A stretch of 64,000 nucleotides of DNA. It comes from Pseudonocardiaceae bacterium (GTDB lineage: Bacteria; Actinomycetota; Actinomycetes; Mycobacteriales; Pseudonocardiaceae). Location of the stretch: NCBI GenBank assembly GCA_036494005.1, contig DASXOV010000021.1:3947-67946 (forward strand), written 5' to 3'. The position numbers and the translations under genes are program-made. This document shows, in pieces, positions 10,159 through 21,580 of this stretch; the first letter of the stretch is position 1; every line of letters begins with the position of its first letter. The notes beneath the pieces were generated by a model that searched no databases, was not told where the DNA came from, and worked only from the letters and a program-made list of their open reading frames with translations.

Positions 10159-11664
10159 TCAGCCGTGCTCGGCGATGTCGGTGAGTACGGCGGCCAGCGT
10201 GCGCACCGGCACCCCGGTGCCACCCTTGCCGGTATAGCCCCAGGCGGAGCCGCTGTTGTAGGCCGGACCCGCGACGTCCAGGTGTGCCCAGTCCGTGTCG
10301 TCCGGGACGAACTCGGACAGGAACACCCCGGCGGCCAGCATCCCGCCCCATCGGTGACTCATCACGTTGGCGATGTCGGCGAGCCTGGAGTCCAGATCGG
10401 GTCGCAGGTGTTCGGGCAGTGGCATCGCCCAGCCGTTCTCCCCGACCTGCTGAGAGATCGCGGTGACCCGGTCCCGGAACTCCGCGGTGCCCATGATCCC
10501 CGGCGTGCGGGTGCCCAGTGCGACCACCTGGGCGCCGGTCAGCGTCGCGACGTCGATCAGGTAGTCCGGGGCGTCCTGCGCGGCGCGGACCAGCGCATCG
10601 GCCAGGATCAGCCGCCCCTCGGCGTCGGTGTTGAGCACCTCGACGGTGGTGCCGCCGTACATGGTGAGCACATCACCCGGCCGGTACGCGGTGCCCGAGG
10701 GCATGTTCTCGGCCATCGGGACGGTGGCGATCACCTCAACCGGAAGCCCGAGCCGGGCGGCCAGCACTGTGGTGACGATCACAGCGGCGGCCCCCGCCAT
10801 GTCCATGGTCATCTCGTCCATCTTCGCCGCCGGCTTGATCGAGATCCCCCCGGTGTCGAAGGTGACCCCTTTGCCGACCAGGGCCACCTTGCTCCGGCCC
10901 GCTGTGGGAGCATCCGCGGGGGTGTAATGCAGCCGGACCAGCCGCGGCGGTCGGGAGGAGCCGACGCCGACACCGAGGATGCCGCCATAGCCCGCGCGCG
11001 CCAGGTCCTTCTCGTCGAGCACCTCGGTGTGCACTCCGGCCTGGTGCGCCAGGGCCACTGCACGGTCGGCGAAGGAGGCCGGGTAGAGGTCGTTGGGCGG
11101 CGTGTTCACCAGGTCCCGGGCGGCTGCCACCGCGTCGGCCACCGCGACGGCCTGGGTGAGCACTCGTGTCGCCGCCGCATCCTGCGCTGCGGGCACCGAC
11201 AGGTCCATCTGCCCGAGCGGTGCGTCCCCGTTCCCGGACCGGTAGACGGTGAAGGCGTAACTGCCCAGCGCGGCGCCCTCCGCGGCGGCGGCCAGGTCGA
11301 TCCGGGACAGCGTGGTGAGCGCCCGGGAGGTTCCGGCGAGCACCCGGGTTGCTGCGCCCGCGGCCCGGCGCACCTGTTCACCGGTGGGGCCGCTGGCGCC
11401 GTCGACCGCACCGAGACCAGTTGCGACCAGCAGAGGTGCCCCGAGGGCACCCCGGGTCGGGAGCTTGATCACCTCATCGGCCTTGCCACGGGCGCCCAGC
11501 ACGGCCAGCAGCTCGGCGAGCCCGCCGTCGAAAGCCGCGTCGATCTCTTCGGCCCCCGCCGCGAGCCGGACCCCGCCGTCACCCGGCACGGTGCCCACCA
11601 CGATGGCATCGACCGATGCGGTGGTCACTGCGGCATCGGTGAGACGCAGAGTCGGGCTTGTCAC
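10159..11664 (-). CDS. pepA: leucyl aminopeptidase (M17)
   Basis: M17 hallmarks [16 protein letters not shown] and [11 protein letters not shown] 11664 is preceded by GAGGAG; the 916-aa track ORF is an upstream read-through. Confidence 0.9.
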   Translation of the reverse strand: MTSPTLRLTDAAVTTASVDAIVVGTVPGDGGVRLAAGAEEIDAAFDGGLAELLAVLGARGKADEVIKLPTRGALGAPLLVATGLGAVDGASGPTGEQVRRAAGAATRVLAGTSRALTTLSRIDLAAAAEGAALGSYAFTVYRSGNGDAPLGQMDLSVPAAQDAAATRVLTQAVAVADAVAAARDLVNTPPNDLYPASFADRAVALAHQAGVHTEVLDEKDLARAGYGGILGVGVGSSRPPRLVRLHYTPADAPTAGRSKVALVGKGVTFDTGGISIKPAAKMDEMTMDMAGAAAVIVTTVLAARLGLPVEVIATVPMAENMPSGTAYRPGDVLTMYGGTTVEVLNTDAEGRLILADALVRAAQDAPDYLIDVATLTGAQVVALGTRTPGIMGTAEFRDRVTAISQQVGENGWAMPLPEHLRPDLDSRLADIANVMSHRWGGMLAAGVFLSEFVPDDTDWAHLDVAGPAYNSGSAWGYTGKGGTGVPVRTLAAVLTDIAEHG

Positions 11665-11820
11665 GGCCGTCTCCTCGCTTATGAGGGCAGACACTCCTAG
11701 GTGGGATGTTAACGACGCGGACCCGGCACGGGCCGGGCCGGGTCGCGATCGGCCGCACACCCCACGCCAGGAGGTGGCGATGTCTGGCTCGGCCGGTCCA
11801 GGCAGTAGCGTCCGGTAGCC

Positions 11821-12918
11821 GTGAGCACTCTGCGCCGCGGACCCCTGCACACCGCCCACGTCGAGCTCGGCGCCACCCTCGGGCCGTTCGGTGGCTGGGA
11901 GATGCCGATCCAGTACGCGGGCGGCGGCGTCGTCGCAGAGCACACCGCGGTGCGGGAGTCGGTCGGCGTCTTCGACGTCACGCACCTGGGCAAGGTCACC
12001 GTCACGGGGCCGGGGGCCGCGGAGTTCGTCAACTCCTGCCTGACCGCTGACCTGGGCCGGATCGGGCCGGGCCGGGCGCAGTACACCCTGTGCTGCGCCG
12101 AGGACGGCGGGGTGCAGGACGACCTGATCGCCTACCTGGTCGGTCCGCAGGACGTGTTCTGTGTGCCGAACGCTTCCAACACCGGGGAGGTCAGCCGCCG
12201 GCTCGCCGCGGCCGCACCTCCGGAGGTGACGGTGACCGACCGGCATGAGGAGTACGCGGTGCTCGCGGTGCAAGGGCCCCGGTCGGCCGACGTGCTGGCC
12301 GCTGTCGGCCTGCCGGCGGACATGGACTACATGGCTTTCGCCGACGCGAAGCACGACGGTGTGCCGATCCGGATCGGCCGCACCGGCTACACGGGGGAGC
12401 GCGGCTACGAGCTGCTGCCGCCATGGGAGCACGCGCCTGCCCTGTGGTCGGCGTTGGTCGCGGTCGCAGGCCCGCTGGGCGGCCGTGCCTGCGGGCTCGG
12501 TGCCCGGGACACGCTGCGCACCGAGATGGGCTATCCGCTGCACGGCCAGGACCTCGGGCCGGGCATCACCCCGGTGCAGGGCGGATCCTCCTGGGCGGTG
12601 GGCTGGGACAAGCCGGCGTTCTGGGGCCGGGAGGCGCTGATCGCGGAGCGGACCGCAGGCCCGTCCCGGCGGTTGCGCGGCCTGCGGGCCACCGGGCGAG
12701 GGGTGCCGCGGCCGCACATGGCGGTGCGCGGCGCCGACGGTGAGCTGGTGGGGGAGACCACATCCGGCACCTTCTCCCCGACGCTGCGTACCGGCATCGC
12801 ACTGGCCCTGCTCGATCCGGCCGTGCGGCCCGGGGACACCGTCGAGGTGGACGTCCGAGGCCGGCCGTTGCCCTGCGAGGTGGTCACAACCCCGTTCGTG
12901 CCTTCGCACGTGCGCTGA
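11821..12918 (+). CDS. gcvT: glycine cleavage system aminomethyltransferase
   Basis: N-terminus [22 protein letters not shown]...[11 protein letters not shown]; full-length GcvT. Confidence 0.9.
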   Translation: MSTLRRGPLHTAHVELGATLGPFGGWEMPIQYAGGGVVAEHTAVRESVGVFDVTHLGKVTVTGPGAAEFVNSCLTADLGRIGPGRAQYTLCCAEDGGVQDDLIAYLVGPQDVFCVPNASNTGEVSRRLAAAAPPEVTVTDRHEEYAVLAVQGPRSADVLAAVGLPADMDYMAFADAKHDGVPIRIGRTGYTGERGYELLPPWEHAPALWSALVAVAGPLGGRACGLGARDTLRTEMGYPLHGQDLGPGITPVQGGSSWAVGWDKPAFWGREALIAERTAGPSRRLRGLRATGRGVPRPHMAVRGADGELVGETTSGTFSPTLRTGIALALLDPAVRPGDTVEVDVRGRPLPCEVVTTPFVPSHVR

Positions 12919-13035
12919 ATTCTCCTTCCAGGCCGAGATCGAACCGCGCGGGCCCGCCGCCCGAAGGTCAAGGTGGACAAGACGACGGTCGCGATCACAG
13001 CGGTTGCGGCCGGATGTCTAGGGAAGGAGCACACG

Positions 13036-13212
13036 ATGCACGAGTTCCAGTGCGGCCACCAGGAGTGCAGCAGCCGGTTCACCGCGTCGGACAGGGATTA
13101 CCTGATGCGCCAGGTGGCCGACCATCTCAAGGACGCACACCACGTCGACAAGGCCACCGAGACCTTGCTGGCGTACCTCGAGACGACCTGCGTGACCACG
13201 CATTCCGGCTAG
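13036..13212 (+). CDS. DUF1059-like small metal-binding protein
   Basis: 58 aa beginning MHEFQCGHQECSSRF, with His-rich DHLKDAHH. ATG is preceded by GGGAAGGAG. Confidence 0.6.
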   Translation: MHEFQCGHQECSSRFTASDRDYLMRQVADHLKDAHHVDKATETLLAYLETTCVTTHSG

Positions 13213-13291
13213 AAACGGAGTGGTTGTCGCCTGAAGAACCCCTTCTGACAGCTCCGACATCTCGCCATCATCTTGTTGCAGGGAGTCTGGT

Positions 13292-13328
13292 GGAGCGGGA
13301 CCTCGCTGCCCGGTAGAGGTTCCGCTCT
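13292..13328. terminator. imperfect hairpin between convergent DUF1059 gene and galK
   Basis: ggagcgggacc ... ggttccgctct forms a roughly 10-bp stem with one mismatch or wobble. There is no U-tract. Confidence 0.3.
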
Positions 13329-13340
13329 CCCTGTGCGGCG

Positions 13341-14474
13341 TCACTCGATGGTGCTCACGAGAGCCGGCTCGGGATGATGGTGGCGGGCGGCGGCGATCCG
13401 GACCGCCTCGGCCACAGCGCGTCCTATCGCCTGCGGCACCAGCGCCAGGATCGAGCCACCGAACCCGCCGCCGGTCATCCGGGCACCCAGTGCTCCGGCC
13501 GCGCGGGCCGCGTCCACCGCGCAGTCCAGTTCGGGGCTGGACACCTCGAAGTCGTCCCGCAGTGAGTCGTGCGAGGCGTCCATCAACCCACCGATCTCCC
13601 GGGGCCTGCCCCGCTCCAGCAAGGTCACGACCGATCGCACCCGGGCGATCTCGCTGATCACGTGCCGGGCCCGGCTACGCAGCAGTGGATCGGCCAGGCC
13701 ATTGACGCCACTGACGTCGGCCTCCCGCAGGCTTGGCACGCCCAGGGCCGCCGCGGCCTGTTCGACGCTGCGCCGACGCTGCGCGTACCGCCCTTCGGTC
13801 AACCGATGCGGCGCCCTGGTGTCGATCACCAGCAAGGCCAGCCCTTCGGCGGCCGGCTGCAACGGCAGGTGGCGCACCGTCCCGTCCCGGCAGTCCAGCA
13901 GCACGGCGTGCCCCGGAGTGCAGCGCAGCACCGCGATCTGGTCCATCCCGCCGGTCGGCGCGCCGACGATCTCGTTCTCTGCGCGGCGGCACGCTGTGGC
14001 CAGCATCGACCGTCCGGTCCCGGTCCGGGCCAGTCCGAGCTCGGCCAGCGCGTCCACCGCCAGCGCGACCGCGCACTCCAATGCGGCCGACGAGGCCAGT
14101 CCGGCGCCCGGTGGTACCGAATCGCCGACCAGCAGGTCCAGCCCCGGTACCGGGTGCCCGGCGGCGCGCAACGCCCACACCACCCCCGCCGGGTAGCCCG
14201 CCCAGCCGGGCGGGTGACCGGGTCGCATCGCCGTCACCGAACCGTTCCAGGGCGGGGAGCCCGGGTGCTGCGAGCGCAGCCGCAGCAGACCGTCGTCCCT
14301 GGCCGCGGCCGCCACCACGGTGCGCTGCGGCAGCGGCAGCGGCAGGCACAGTCCGCCGGCGTAGTCCACGTGCTCACCGATCAGGTTCACCCGGCCGGGA
14401 GCGGCCCACTGGCCGTGGGGCTCGCGACCGAACTCGGCGCGGAACACCGCCCGTAACGCCGCGCCGGTGCTCAT
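13341..14474 (-). CDS. galK: galactokinase
   Basis: GalK signature APGRVNLIGEHVDYAGG and the GHMP kinase motif PPGAGLASSAAL. Confidence 0.9.
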   Translation of the reverse strand: MSTGAALRAVFRAEFGREPHGQWAAPGRVNLIGEHVDYAGGLCLPLPLPQRTVVAAAARDDGLLRLRSQHPGSPPWNGSVTAMRPGHPPGWAGYPAGVVWALRAAGHPVPGLDLLVGDSVPPGAGLASSAALECAVALAVDALAELGLARTGTGRSMLATACRRAENEIVGAPTGGMDQIAVLRCTPGHAVLLDCRDGTVRHLPLQPAAEGLALLVIDTRAPHRLTEGRYAQRRRSVEQAAAALGVPSLREADVSGVNGLADPLLRSRARHVISEIARVRSVVTLLERGRPREIGGLMDASHDSLRDDFEVSSPELDCAVDAARAAGALGARMTGGGFGGSILALVPQAIGRAVAEAVRIAAARHHHPEPALVSTIE

Positions 14475-15595
14475 CGCAGCTCTCGGAACCGGGCCGCGAT
14501 GCGTTCGGGCGTGGTGTCGTTGAGCCAGGCCCCCAGCCCGGACTCGGAACCGGCCAGATATTTCAGCTTCCCGGCGGCCCGGCGGGTGGAGAACAGCTGC
14601 AGGTGCAGCCGGGTGAGCTCGCGTCCCTTGCCGACCGGGGCCTGGTGCCAGCCCGCGACGTAGGGCACCGGCCCCGGATCACCCTGATCGGCGAAGAAGC
14701 CGTCCACCCGGCGCAGCAGCGCAGGGTAGAGCGTGGCCAGTTCGGCGCGCTCGGTGCCGTCCAGCGCGGCGAAGTCGGGCACCGCCCGGTGCGGCATCAG
14801 GTGCAACTCCACCGGCCACCGCGCCGCGGCCGGTACGTACGCGGTCCACGTCGCGCCCCGGTGCACCACCCGGGTTCCGGCCCGCACTTCGGCGGCGAGC
14901 ACGTCGGAGAGCAGGTCCGACCCGGTGTTCACCCGGTACTCGGCGGCCCGGGTCAACAGCCGCTCGGTGCGCGGGGGGAGGAACGGATAGCCGTAGATCT
15001 GCCCGTGCGGGTGGGAGAGAGTCACCCCGGTCTCCGGGCCCCGGTTCTCGAAGCAGAACACCTGGCGGATCCCGTCCACTCCGGACAGCTCCCTGGTGCG
15101 GTCGGCCCAGGCGTCGATCACCGTGGTGACCCGGCGCGCGGTGAGCGCGGCGAACGACGAACTGTGTTCGCTGGTGAAGCAGACCACCTCGCACCGGCCG
15201 GTCGCCGGTCGCTGTGGCCAGAGCGGCTCGCCGTCCACCAGGGCGGGCACCGGTCCGGCCTGCGGCTCGAACGAAGGGAACCGGTTGCCGAAGACGACCA
15301 CGTCGTAGTCCTGGGCCGGGATCTCGGTGAGCGTGCCCTCCCGGCTGGGGCACAGCGGACAGGCCGTGGACGTGGGCAGGGACGTGGGCAGGTGCGTGCG
15401 GTCCATCCGGTGTGCCGCGATCGTCACCCACTCCCCGGTGAGCACGTCGAACCGCATGGTGGGCTGCGCATGACCGGCAGGCAGCCCGCGGCTGTCGTGG
15501 CTGGTCCGGGTCGCAGCTCCGGACACGTATGGTTCCCGATCGTCGTAATAGGTCAGAGCGCGCCCGTCGGACAACGGGATTCGAGTGATCCGCAC
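14471..15595 (-). CDS. galT: galactose-1-phosphate uridylyltransferase
   Basis: CPLCP zinc motif and the active-site HPHGQIY. It overlaps the galK start by 4 nt. Confidence 0.9.
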   Translation of the reverse strand: MRITRIPLSDGRALTYYDDREPYVSGAATRTSHDSRGLPAGHAQPTMRFDVLTGEWVTIAAHRMDRTHLPTSLPTSTACPLCPSREGTLTEIPAQDYDVVVFGNRFPSFEPQAGPVPALVDGEPLWPQRPATGRCEVVCFTSEHSSSFAALTARRVTTVIDAWADRTRELSGVDGIRQVFCFENRGPETGVTLSHPHGQIYGYPFLPPRTERLLTRAAEYRVNTGSDLLSDVLAAEVRAGTRVVHRGATWTAYVPAAARWPVELHLMPHRAVPDFAALDGTERAELATLYPALLRRVDGFFADQGDPGPVPYVAGWHQAPVGKGRELTRLHLQLFSTRRAAGKLKYLAGSESGLGAWLNDTTPERIAARFRELR

Positions 15596-15692
15596 CGGAT
15601 TACCCTGCTCCTTTCACCTGGCTCAGCATGGCGGACGGGCGGCTTAGTGGGACGTCATACCATTTTGCCGCGCGAAGAGTTACCGTCCTCCT

Positions 15693-16796
15693 ATGAGCGC
15701 CGCGCCACCGTTCACCCGCCTGCCACACCCGTCTCCCACGACGCCGCAGCGCAGGTCAGAGATCCTCGCCGCACCTGGTTTCGGGGCCTACTTCACCGAC
15801 CACATGGTGCAGATCGACTGGACCGCGGGCGGGGCCTGGCAACCCCCTGAGATCGGTCCCTACCGCCCGCTGGTGATGGATCCGGCGGTGATGGTGCTGC
15901 ACTACGGCCAGGCGATCTTCGAAGGTCTCAAGGTCTACCGGCAGCCGGACGGCACGGTCGCCTCGTTCCGGCCGCTGGCCAACGCAGCCCGGTTCCGCTC
16001 GTCGGCCCGCCGGATGGCGATGCCCGAGCTGCCGGAGGAGCTGTTCCTGGCTTCGCTGCGGGAGCTGGTGCATGCCGACGTCGAGTGGGTGCCTGCGGCC
16101 GGTGGTGAGGACTCGCTGTACCTGCGGCCGCTCCTGTTCGCAACCGAGGTGGGGATCGGGTTGCGTCCCGCCACGGCCTACAAGTACCTGCTCATCGCCT
16201 CACCGGCCGGCCCGTATTTCCGCGACGGGCTCAAGCCGGTCAGCGTGTGGCTGTCCACCGAATACGTCCGGGCCGCCCCGGACGGCACCGGTGCCGCCAA
16301 ATTCGCCGGGAACTACGCCGCCTCGTTGGTGGCCCAGCAGCAGGCCGCTGCCGAGGGCTGCGATCAGGTGGTGTGGCTCGACGCCGTCGAGCGACGCTGG
16401 GTGGAGGAGATGGGGACGAACAACCTCTACTTCGTCTTCGGGGAGGGACGGCAGGCTCGGCTGGTGACCCCGGAGCTCACCGGGACCCTGCTGCCCGGCA
16501 TCACCCGCGACTCCTTGCTCACCTTGGCCCGGGACCTCGGGTTCGGCGTCGAGGAGCGACGGATCTCGACCGAGGAGTGGGAGAAAGGTGTGGAGACCGG
16601 GGACATTTCGGAGGTCTTCGCCTGCGGCACAGCCGCGGTGATCACCCCGGTCGGTCGGGTGGCTTACTCCGGTGGCGGGTACACCATAGGCACCGGTGAA
16701 CCCGGTCCGGTCACCAGCCGGTTGCGTGCGGCGCTCACCGCGATCCAGCGTGGCGCGGCGCCCGATTCACACGGCTGGATGGTGCCGCTCACCTGA
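15693..16796 (+). CDS. ilvE: branched-chain amino acid aminotransferase
   Basis: 367 aa and collinear with actinobacterial IlvE ([27 protein letters not shown]). Confidence 0.9.
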   Translation: MSAAPPFTRLPHPSPTTPQRRSEILAAPGFGAYFTDHMVQIDWTAGGAWQPPEIGPYRPLVMDPAVMVLHYGQAIFEGLKVYRQPDGTVASFRPLANAARFRSSARRMAMPELPEELFLASLRELVHADVEWVPAAGGEDSLYLRPLLFATEVGIGLRPATAYKYLLIASPAGPYFRDGLKPVSVWLSTEYVRAAPDGTGAAKFAGNYAASLVAQQQAAAEGCDQVVWLDAVERRWVEEMGTNNLYFVFGEGRQARLVTPELTGTLLPGITRDSLLTLARDLGFGVEERRISTEEWEKGVETGDISEVFACGTAAVITPVGRVAYSGGGYTIGTGEPGPVTSRLRAALTAIQRGAAPDSHGWMVPLT

Positions 16797-16807
16797 TGGG
16801 GAACTAC

Positions 16808-16828
16808 CGGGTCAGCCAGGCTGACCCG
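16808..16828. terminator. short hairpin between convergent ilvE and cobS
   Basis: cgggtcag-ccagg-ctgacccg, an 8-bp stem with a 5-nt loop, read directly. Confidence 0.35.
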
Positions 16829-16840
16829 ATGGCTCAGCGC

Positions 16841-17590
16841 TCACCCGATGGCGCAGACGGTGAGGACCACGGTGGTGGCCAGTTCACTCGCCGCGCCCAG
16901 CACGTCCCCCGTGACACCGCCGAACCGGCGGCTGGTGTGCGCCGACAGAGCGACCACCACCAGGCCGGCCGTGCCGACCGCGAGTGCGCCCTGCCAGGCG
17001 CGTGCGGGCACCGCGAGCGACCCGCAGGCCAGCAGGAGGAGCGTCCAGGCCGGTGCGGCAGCGCGCGGCTGGCTCCCGGCCACCAGCGCTCCCAGGCCTT
17101 CGGGACGGGCCGGTGGCACTCCGGCTCGGGCGCACCAGCTGAAGGTGACTCGCCCCGAGGTCACCGCCAGTACCACGGCGAGCCACCGGCCGGTCCCGGT
17201 CAGTGCCCCCAGCGCCGCCGCCTGGGCGGTCAGCACCAGCACCAGCGTCACCACCGCGAACGGCCCGGCCGAGCCGTCCCGCATCACCGCGAGCGCCCGC
17301 TGCGGCCCGCCGTAGCAGCCCAGCCCGTCGGCGGTGTCGGCCAGGCCGTCCAGGTGCATACCTCGGGTCAGAACGGCCAGTACCGCCACCACCGCCAGCC
17401 CGGCCAGCAGCGGCGGGGTGCCCAGCGCGTGCAAGGCGGCCAGCACTCCCACGGCCACCACACCCAGCGCGGCACCCAGCGCCGGAGCCCAGTACAGCGC
17501 CCTGCGGGCCACCGCCCGATCCACATCGCGGGGGACCCGCACCGGCAGCACCGTCAGCCAGGATGCCGCCAGCGCGAGTCCGCGGATCAC
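16841..17590 (-). CDS. cobS: adenosylcobinamide-GDP ribazoletransferase
   Basis: Polytopic membrane protein with the LTVLPV N-terminus and a GVTGDVLGA motif. It is coupled to cobT by a 4-nt overlap. Confidence 0.85.
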   Translation of the reverse strand: MIRGLALAASWLTVLPVRVPRDVDRAVARRALYWAPALGAALGVVAVGVLAALHALGTPPLLAGLAVVAVLAVLTRGMHLDGLADTADGLGCYGGPQRALAVMRDGSAGPFAVVTLVLVLTAQAAALGALTGTGRWLAVVLAVTSGRVTFSWCARAGVPPARPEGLGALVAGSQPRAAAPAWTLLLLACGSLAVPARAWQGALAVGTAGLVVVALSAHTSRRFGGVTGDVLGAASELATTVVLTVCAIG

Positions 17591-18672
17591 GGAGTGGGCA
17601 CCCGATCATCCGCGGGTCCGGAGACGCCCGCGTCGTCGAAGGTGGCCATCTCGGCGAGCACCCGGACGGCCATCTGGAGCAGTGGAAGCGCGGACACCGC
17701 TCCGGTGCCCTCGCCGAGCCGCATCCCCAGGTCCAGCACGGGCTGCAGTTGCAGGTGCTCCAGCACCAGGCTGTGCGCGGGTTCCACCGACCGGTGCCCG
17801 GCGACCCACCACTCGCGGGCCCCCGGCGCGAGCTCCTCGGCGAGCAACGCCGCCGCTCCGGCGGCCAGTCCGTCGAGGATCACCGGGGTGCGCCGGACGG
17901 CGGCCTGGGCCAGGAACCCGGCCATCGCCGCGAAGTCGGCGCCACCGGCGGTGCGCAACAGTGCGACCGGGTCGGTGAGGACCCGCCGTGCTCGGCGCAG
18001 CGCGTCGCGGATCGCCGCGGTCTTGCGCATCCAGTGCTCATCGTCGATTCCGGTGCCGCGGCCCACCACCGCCACCGGCTCCGCCCCGGTGAGTGCGGCC
18101 ACCAGCACTGCCGCCGGAGTGGTGTTCCCGATCCCCATATCGCCCGCGATGAGCAGATCGGCGCCTCGGTCGACCTCCTCGTCGGCGATCGTGACCCCGG
18201 CGGCCAGCGCCCGGGTCACCTCCTGGTCGCTCAGCGCGTCCTCGCGATCGATCGCGCCGCTGCTACGGCGAACCTTGTACCGGGTGAGCGGCGGCGGCAG
18301 TTCCGGTGCGGTCGGTTCGGAGCCGATCTCCCAGTCCACGGCCATGTCCACCACCCGCACCGCCGCACCGGCCGCGGCGGCGAGCACGTTCACCGCGGCC
18401 CCTCCGGCCAGGAAATTGCCGACCATCTGCCGGGTGACCTCGCTCGGATAGGCGGAGACCCCGTGCGCCGCGACGCCGTGATCCCCGGCGAACACCACCA
18501 CCTGCGGCCTGGCGAACGGCCGTGGCGGACAACTGCCCTGACATGCGGCGACCCAGACTCCCAGCTCCTCAAGGCGGCCCAGCGAGCCCGCGGGCTTGGT
18601 GAGCTGCTCGTGGCGGGCCACCGCCTCCCGGCGGGCCTGCTGATCGGGCGGTGTGACCCGGGCGAACTCCAC
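17587..18672 (-). CDS. cobT: nicotinate-nucleotide--dimethylbenzimidazole phosphoribosyltransferase
   Basis: [14 protein letters not shown] and [11 protein letters not shown] motifs. Confidence 0.9.
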   Translation of the reverse strand: MEFARVTPPDQQARREAVARHEQLTKPAGSLGRLEELGVWVAACQGSCPPRPFARPQVVVFAGDHGVAAHGVSAYPSEVTRQMVGNFLAGGAAVNVLAAAAGAAVRVVDMAVDWEIGSEPTAPELPPPLTRYKVRRSSGAIDREDALSDQEVTRALAAGVTIADEEVDRGADLLIAGDMGIGNTTPAAVLVAALTGAEPVAVVGRGTGIDDEHWMRKTAAIRDALRRARRVLTDPVALLRTAGGADFAAMAGFLAQAAVRRTPVILDGLAAGAAALLAEELAPGAREWWVAGHRSVEPAHSLVLEHLQLQPVLDLGMRLGEGTGAVSALPLLQMAVRVLAEMATFDDAGVSGPADDRVPTP

Positions 18673-18775
18673 GTGCTGCTCCTCGTCTGCTGAATGTCTG
18701 CTCTGTGTTCTGGTGCCGTATCACCCGGGGGCGGTCGGGTGCCCTCACTATCGTGCCCCTCCGGCCGGTCCTGGC

Positions 18776-19300
18776 TCAGCGCAGCCGCACCGGCAGTCCT
18801 GCCACCAGCAGCAGAACCTGGTCGCAGACCGCGGCAAGAGCAGCGTTGAGTGCGCCCAGTTCGTCGCGGAACAGCCGCCCGGCGTGCGTGGCCGGTATCA
18901 CGCCCAGCCCCACCTCGGCGCTGACCAGCACCAGCCGGGCCGGGCAGGCCGCCACCACGGCAACCAGCTCAGCGCAGCGGGTCCGGCAGACCGCCAGCGC
19001 GGCGGGCCCACCCTCCCAGGCCGCTGCATCGTCCAGCTCGCCGGTCAGCCAGGTCGCGATGTCGTCGACAAGTGCCGGCACCTGGCCGATCTGCCGCAGC
19101 GCTGCGGGTAGATCGGCCGGTTCGACGGTCCGCCAGCCCGGCGGCCTGCGGGCGACGTGCGCCGCGATCCGCGCCTCCCAGCCGGGATCGTCGGGGCGTC
19201 GCCGGGCGGTCGCCAGGTAGTCGACCCGGGCGTCCCCCAGCAGGCCCTCCGCGTGCGCGGACTTGCCCGAGCGCGCGCCGCCGAGTACCAGCGTCCGCAC
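18776..19300 (-). CDS. cobU: bifunctional adenosylcobinamide kinase / adenosylcobinamide-phosphate guanylyltransferase
   Basis: P-loop LVLGGARSGKS close to the N-terminus. GTG 19300 is preceded by GGGAGG; the track start at 19330 lies 30 nt upstream. Confidence 0.85.
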   Translation of the reverse strand: MRTLVLGGARSGKSAHAEGLLGDARVDYLATARRRPDDPGWEARIAAHVARRPPGWRTVEPADLPAALRQIGQVPALVDDIATWLTGELDDAAAWEGGPAALAVCRTRCAELVAVVAACPARLVLVSAEVGLGVIPATHAGRLFRDELGALNAALAAVCDQVLLLVAGLPVRLR

Positions 19301-19412
19301 ATCGACCTCCCGACCGCCGACCTCACTCACCGGTCGACCTCACTCACCTCCGTCGCCCAGCCGGTGACGCTACCGTCGGGTCCGGCGACGGTGGTTGAGG
19401 AGGGCAGGAGAG

Positions 19413-19607
19413 ATGGTTCTGCGGTGGCGCTACGAGGACCCGCACGGCGGCGCGGTCGCCGGTCCGAAGATCACGTTCGTCGACCAGTCCGACGCCGAGG
19501 AGTGGCTCGGTCGCGAGTGGCAGGGCCTGCTTGACGACGGCGTGGAGGCGGTCACGCTGCTCGACGGCACGGACGAGGTCTACGGCCCGATGAGCCTGCG
19601 GCCCTGA
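19413..19607 (+). CDS. small conserved hypothetical protein (64 aa)
   Basis: ATG is preceded by GGAGGGCAGGAGAG. The product is acidic and I recognise no family. Confidence 0.45.
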   Translation: MVLRWRYEDPHGGAVAGPKITFVDQSDAEEWLGREWQGLLDDGVEAVTLLDGTDEVYGPMSLRP

Positions 19608-19622
19608 CGCGATCCGGGTGGT

Positions 19623-20264
19623 CTAGGAGATCTGCTCGCCGCGACCGACGCGGGGTTTGGGTGCTCGTAGCTTGCGCAGCTGAGTGGCTCTGGTCAGTGC
19701 GTAGAACCCCACGCTCAGCGCGGACACCGTCTCCTCGGGGAAGCGTTCCCGCACGCGACGGCTGATGATCACGCCGAGCAGCACACCCTCGGCGATCATC
19801 GTGACGAGCATCGCCATGGACAGCAGCGAGACGTACTGCTGGATCGCGGGGGAGGGCACCAGGATCACCAGCACCACCAGCAGCGCCAGCGGCATGAACA
19901 GGCCTGCGATGTTGCGCCGGGAGTCCACCAGATCCCGGATGTAGGCCTTCACCGGACCGCGGTCTCGCGGCATGAGGTACTTCTCGTCCCCGGCCATCAT
20001 CCGCTCGCGCCGCACGGCGGCCGCCTCGCGGCGTTCGTTCTTGGACCCGCGCATCCGGCGCAGCGCTTCGCGCTGGTTCTTCGGCGGCGGCGGCGCCGGA
20101 CCCCGCTTGCGTGCCTCGGACTCGCGGCGGCTGGGGGTGGGCCTGCCCTTACCGGGCGTGCGAGACCGCTGCAGCGGTTCGTCGGAGTCGGGCGTGACGT
20201 CGGCCGCCGGCTCCTGCTGGGAATCGGCGGCTCCGGAGCCGGCCTTGCCGCGCAGGAACCTCAC
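19623..20264 (-). CDS. DUF3043 domain-containing membrane protein (Rv2206-like)
   Basis: Basic N-terminus (GKGRPTPSRRESEARKRGP), the KYLMPRDRGPVKAYIRD motif and two TM helices. Confidence 0.75.
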   Translation of the reverse strand: MRFLRGKAGSGAADSQQEPAADVTPDSDEPLQRSRTPGKGRPTPSRRESEARKRGPAPPPPKNQREALRRMRGSKNERREAAAVRRERMMAGDEKYLMPRDRGPVKAYIRDLVDSRRNIAGLFMPLALLVVLVILVPSPAIQQYVSLLSMAMLVTMIAEGVLLGVIISRRVRERFPEETVSALSVGFYALTRATQLRKLRAPKPRVGRGEQIS

Positions 20265-20348
20265 GGCGCTAGCTTATGACAATCGATCGGGGCCGTTGAC
20301 ACCGTTCGGGGACTATGGCCACCGTTCGGGGGCGTAGCCTGCCCGGGT

Positions 20349-21461
20349 GTGCGTGTGTTGATCGCCCCGGACTGCTTCGGCGGGACGCTGACCGCGGTGC
20401 AGGCGGCGGAGGCGGTCGGACGCGGATGGCGCCGCGGGGCCCCGTCCGATGAGCTGGTGCTGCGCCCGCTGGCCGATGGCGGGCCCGGTTTCGTGGACGT
20501 GTTGCACGCTGCGCTTGGCGGGACGGTGCACACCACATCGGTCACCGGCGCGGTGGGGCAACCGGTGGCGGCTCGCTGGCTGGAACACGAGGGCACCGGC
20601 TACGTGGAGAGCGCGCAGGCGTGCGGCCTGCACCAGGTAACGCCCGAGCGCCGGGACGCCCGGATCGCGACCAGTCGCGGAGTGGGAGAGCTCATCGCCG
20701 AGGTGCGCGACGCGGGTCTGGGCACCGCCGTGGTGGGCTTGGGTGGCTCGGCCAGCTCCGATGGCGGGGCTGGGGCGCTGGCCGCGCTGGGTGCGGTTGC
20801 GGTGGACGCAGCAGGCCGCCCGCTGCCGCACGGCGGCGCCGCCCTGGCCCGCTGTGTCCGGCTGGACGGCCGGGCCGAGCTGGCGGGCCTTCGGCTGGTG
20901 GCCGCCGCGGACGTCACCAACCCACTGCTCGGCGGCCAGGGCGCGGCCGAGGTGTTCGGCCCGCAGAAGGGTGCCGGGCCCGAGCAGGTTCAGGAGCTGG
21001 AGGCGGCGCTGACCCGATGGGCCGCGGTGTTGGAGACGGCGACCGGGCGAGCGGTTCGGGAACTGCCCGCGGCGGGGGCGGCGGGCGGCCTCGGCGCCGC
21101 ACTGCTGGGGCTGGGTGCCGAGAGTGTGTCCGGCGCGCGGCTGGTGGCCACCCGCACCGGGCTGGACGATGCGCTGGACACGGTCGAGTTGGTGGTCACC
21201 GGCGAAGGCAGCTTCGACTGGCAGTCGCTGCGCGGCAAGCTGGTGACCGCACTCGCCGAGGGCGCCGCGCAGCGCGGCCTGCCGTGCATCGTGGTGGCGG
21301 GGCAGGTGTCGGTCGGTCGCAGGGAAGCGGCCGCGGCCGGGGTTGCCTGCACCTACTCCGCGGCAGAGCTGGCCGGTTCGGTGGCGGCCGCATTGGCCGA
21401 TCCGGTGAGTACGCTGGAAGCGAGTGCCGAACAAGCCGCCAGACAGTGGGGCGACCCGTGA
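20349..21461 (+). CDS. glycerate kinase
   Basis: N-terminus RVLIAPDCFGGTL...LADGGPGF and C-terminal VVTGEGSFDWQSLRGK, both typical of the glycerate kinase family. Confidence 0.85.
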   Translation: MRVLIAPDCFGGTLTAVQAAEAVGRGWRRGAPSDELVLRPLADGGPGFVDVLHAALGGTVHTTSVTGAVGQPVAARWLEHEGTGYVESAQACGLHQVTPERRDARIATSRGVGELIAEVRDAGLGTAVVGLGGSASSDGGAGALAALGAVAVDAAGRPLPHGGAALARCVRLDGRAELAGLRLVAAADVTNPLLGGQGAAEVFGPQKGAGPEQVQELEAALTRWAAVLETATGRAVRELPAAGAAGGLGAALLGLGAESVSGARLVATRTGLDDALDTVELVVTGEGSFDWQSLRGKLVTALAEGAAQRGLPCIVVAGQVSVGRREAAAAGVACTYSAAELAGSVAAALADPVSTLEASAEQAARQWGDP

Positions 21462-21580
21462 GGTGACGCCAGATACCCAGTGGTGTGTCACCATGGACGG
21501 ACGGGAATCACCCGTTGGCCGCGGGTGTTGCCCCGGTGCAGGAGGACGTCCGTGCCGAGCGCCGATCCCAGGGAGAGTCA

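Noticed and set aside
11665-11820. A possible glycine riboswitch upstream of gcvT.
   Set aside because: None of the conserved glycine-aptamer blocks (GGAGAG ... CACCGAAGGGGCAA-type) are visible in the 156-nt divergent region.
11665-12909. The upstream 415-codon extension of the pepA ORF (the track ORF 10159..12909 is 916 aa).
   Set aside because: The extension is antisense to gcvT and has no aminopeptidase similarity. The M17 homology begins at GTG 11664, which has a GAGGAG RBS.
18673-18775. A possible cobalamin riboswitch in the 103-nt cobU-cobT spacer (the minus strand contains GCCAGGACCGGCC).
   Set aside because: The spacer is too short for the roughly 200-nt element. I could not find the B12-box or the conserved GCCACUG and GGGAAG core blocks in order. 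It more likely just holds the cobT RBS (GAGGAG). A cmsearch with the Rfam cobalamin model would settle it.
20265-20348. A TTGACA hexamer and a direct repeat (caccgttcgggg x2) upstream of the glycerate kinase gene, considered as a promoter or operator.
   Set aside because: The spacing to any -10-like hexamer does not fit (about 12 nt). A single short repeat is not enough to call a regulatory site without data.
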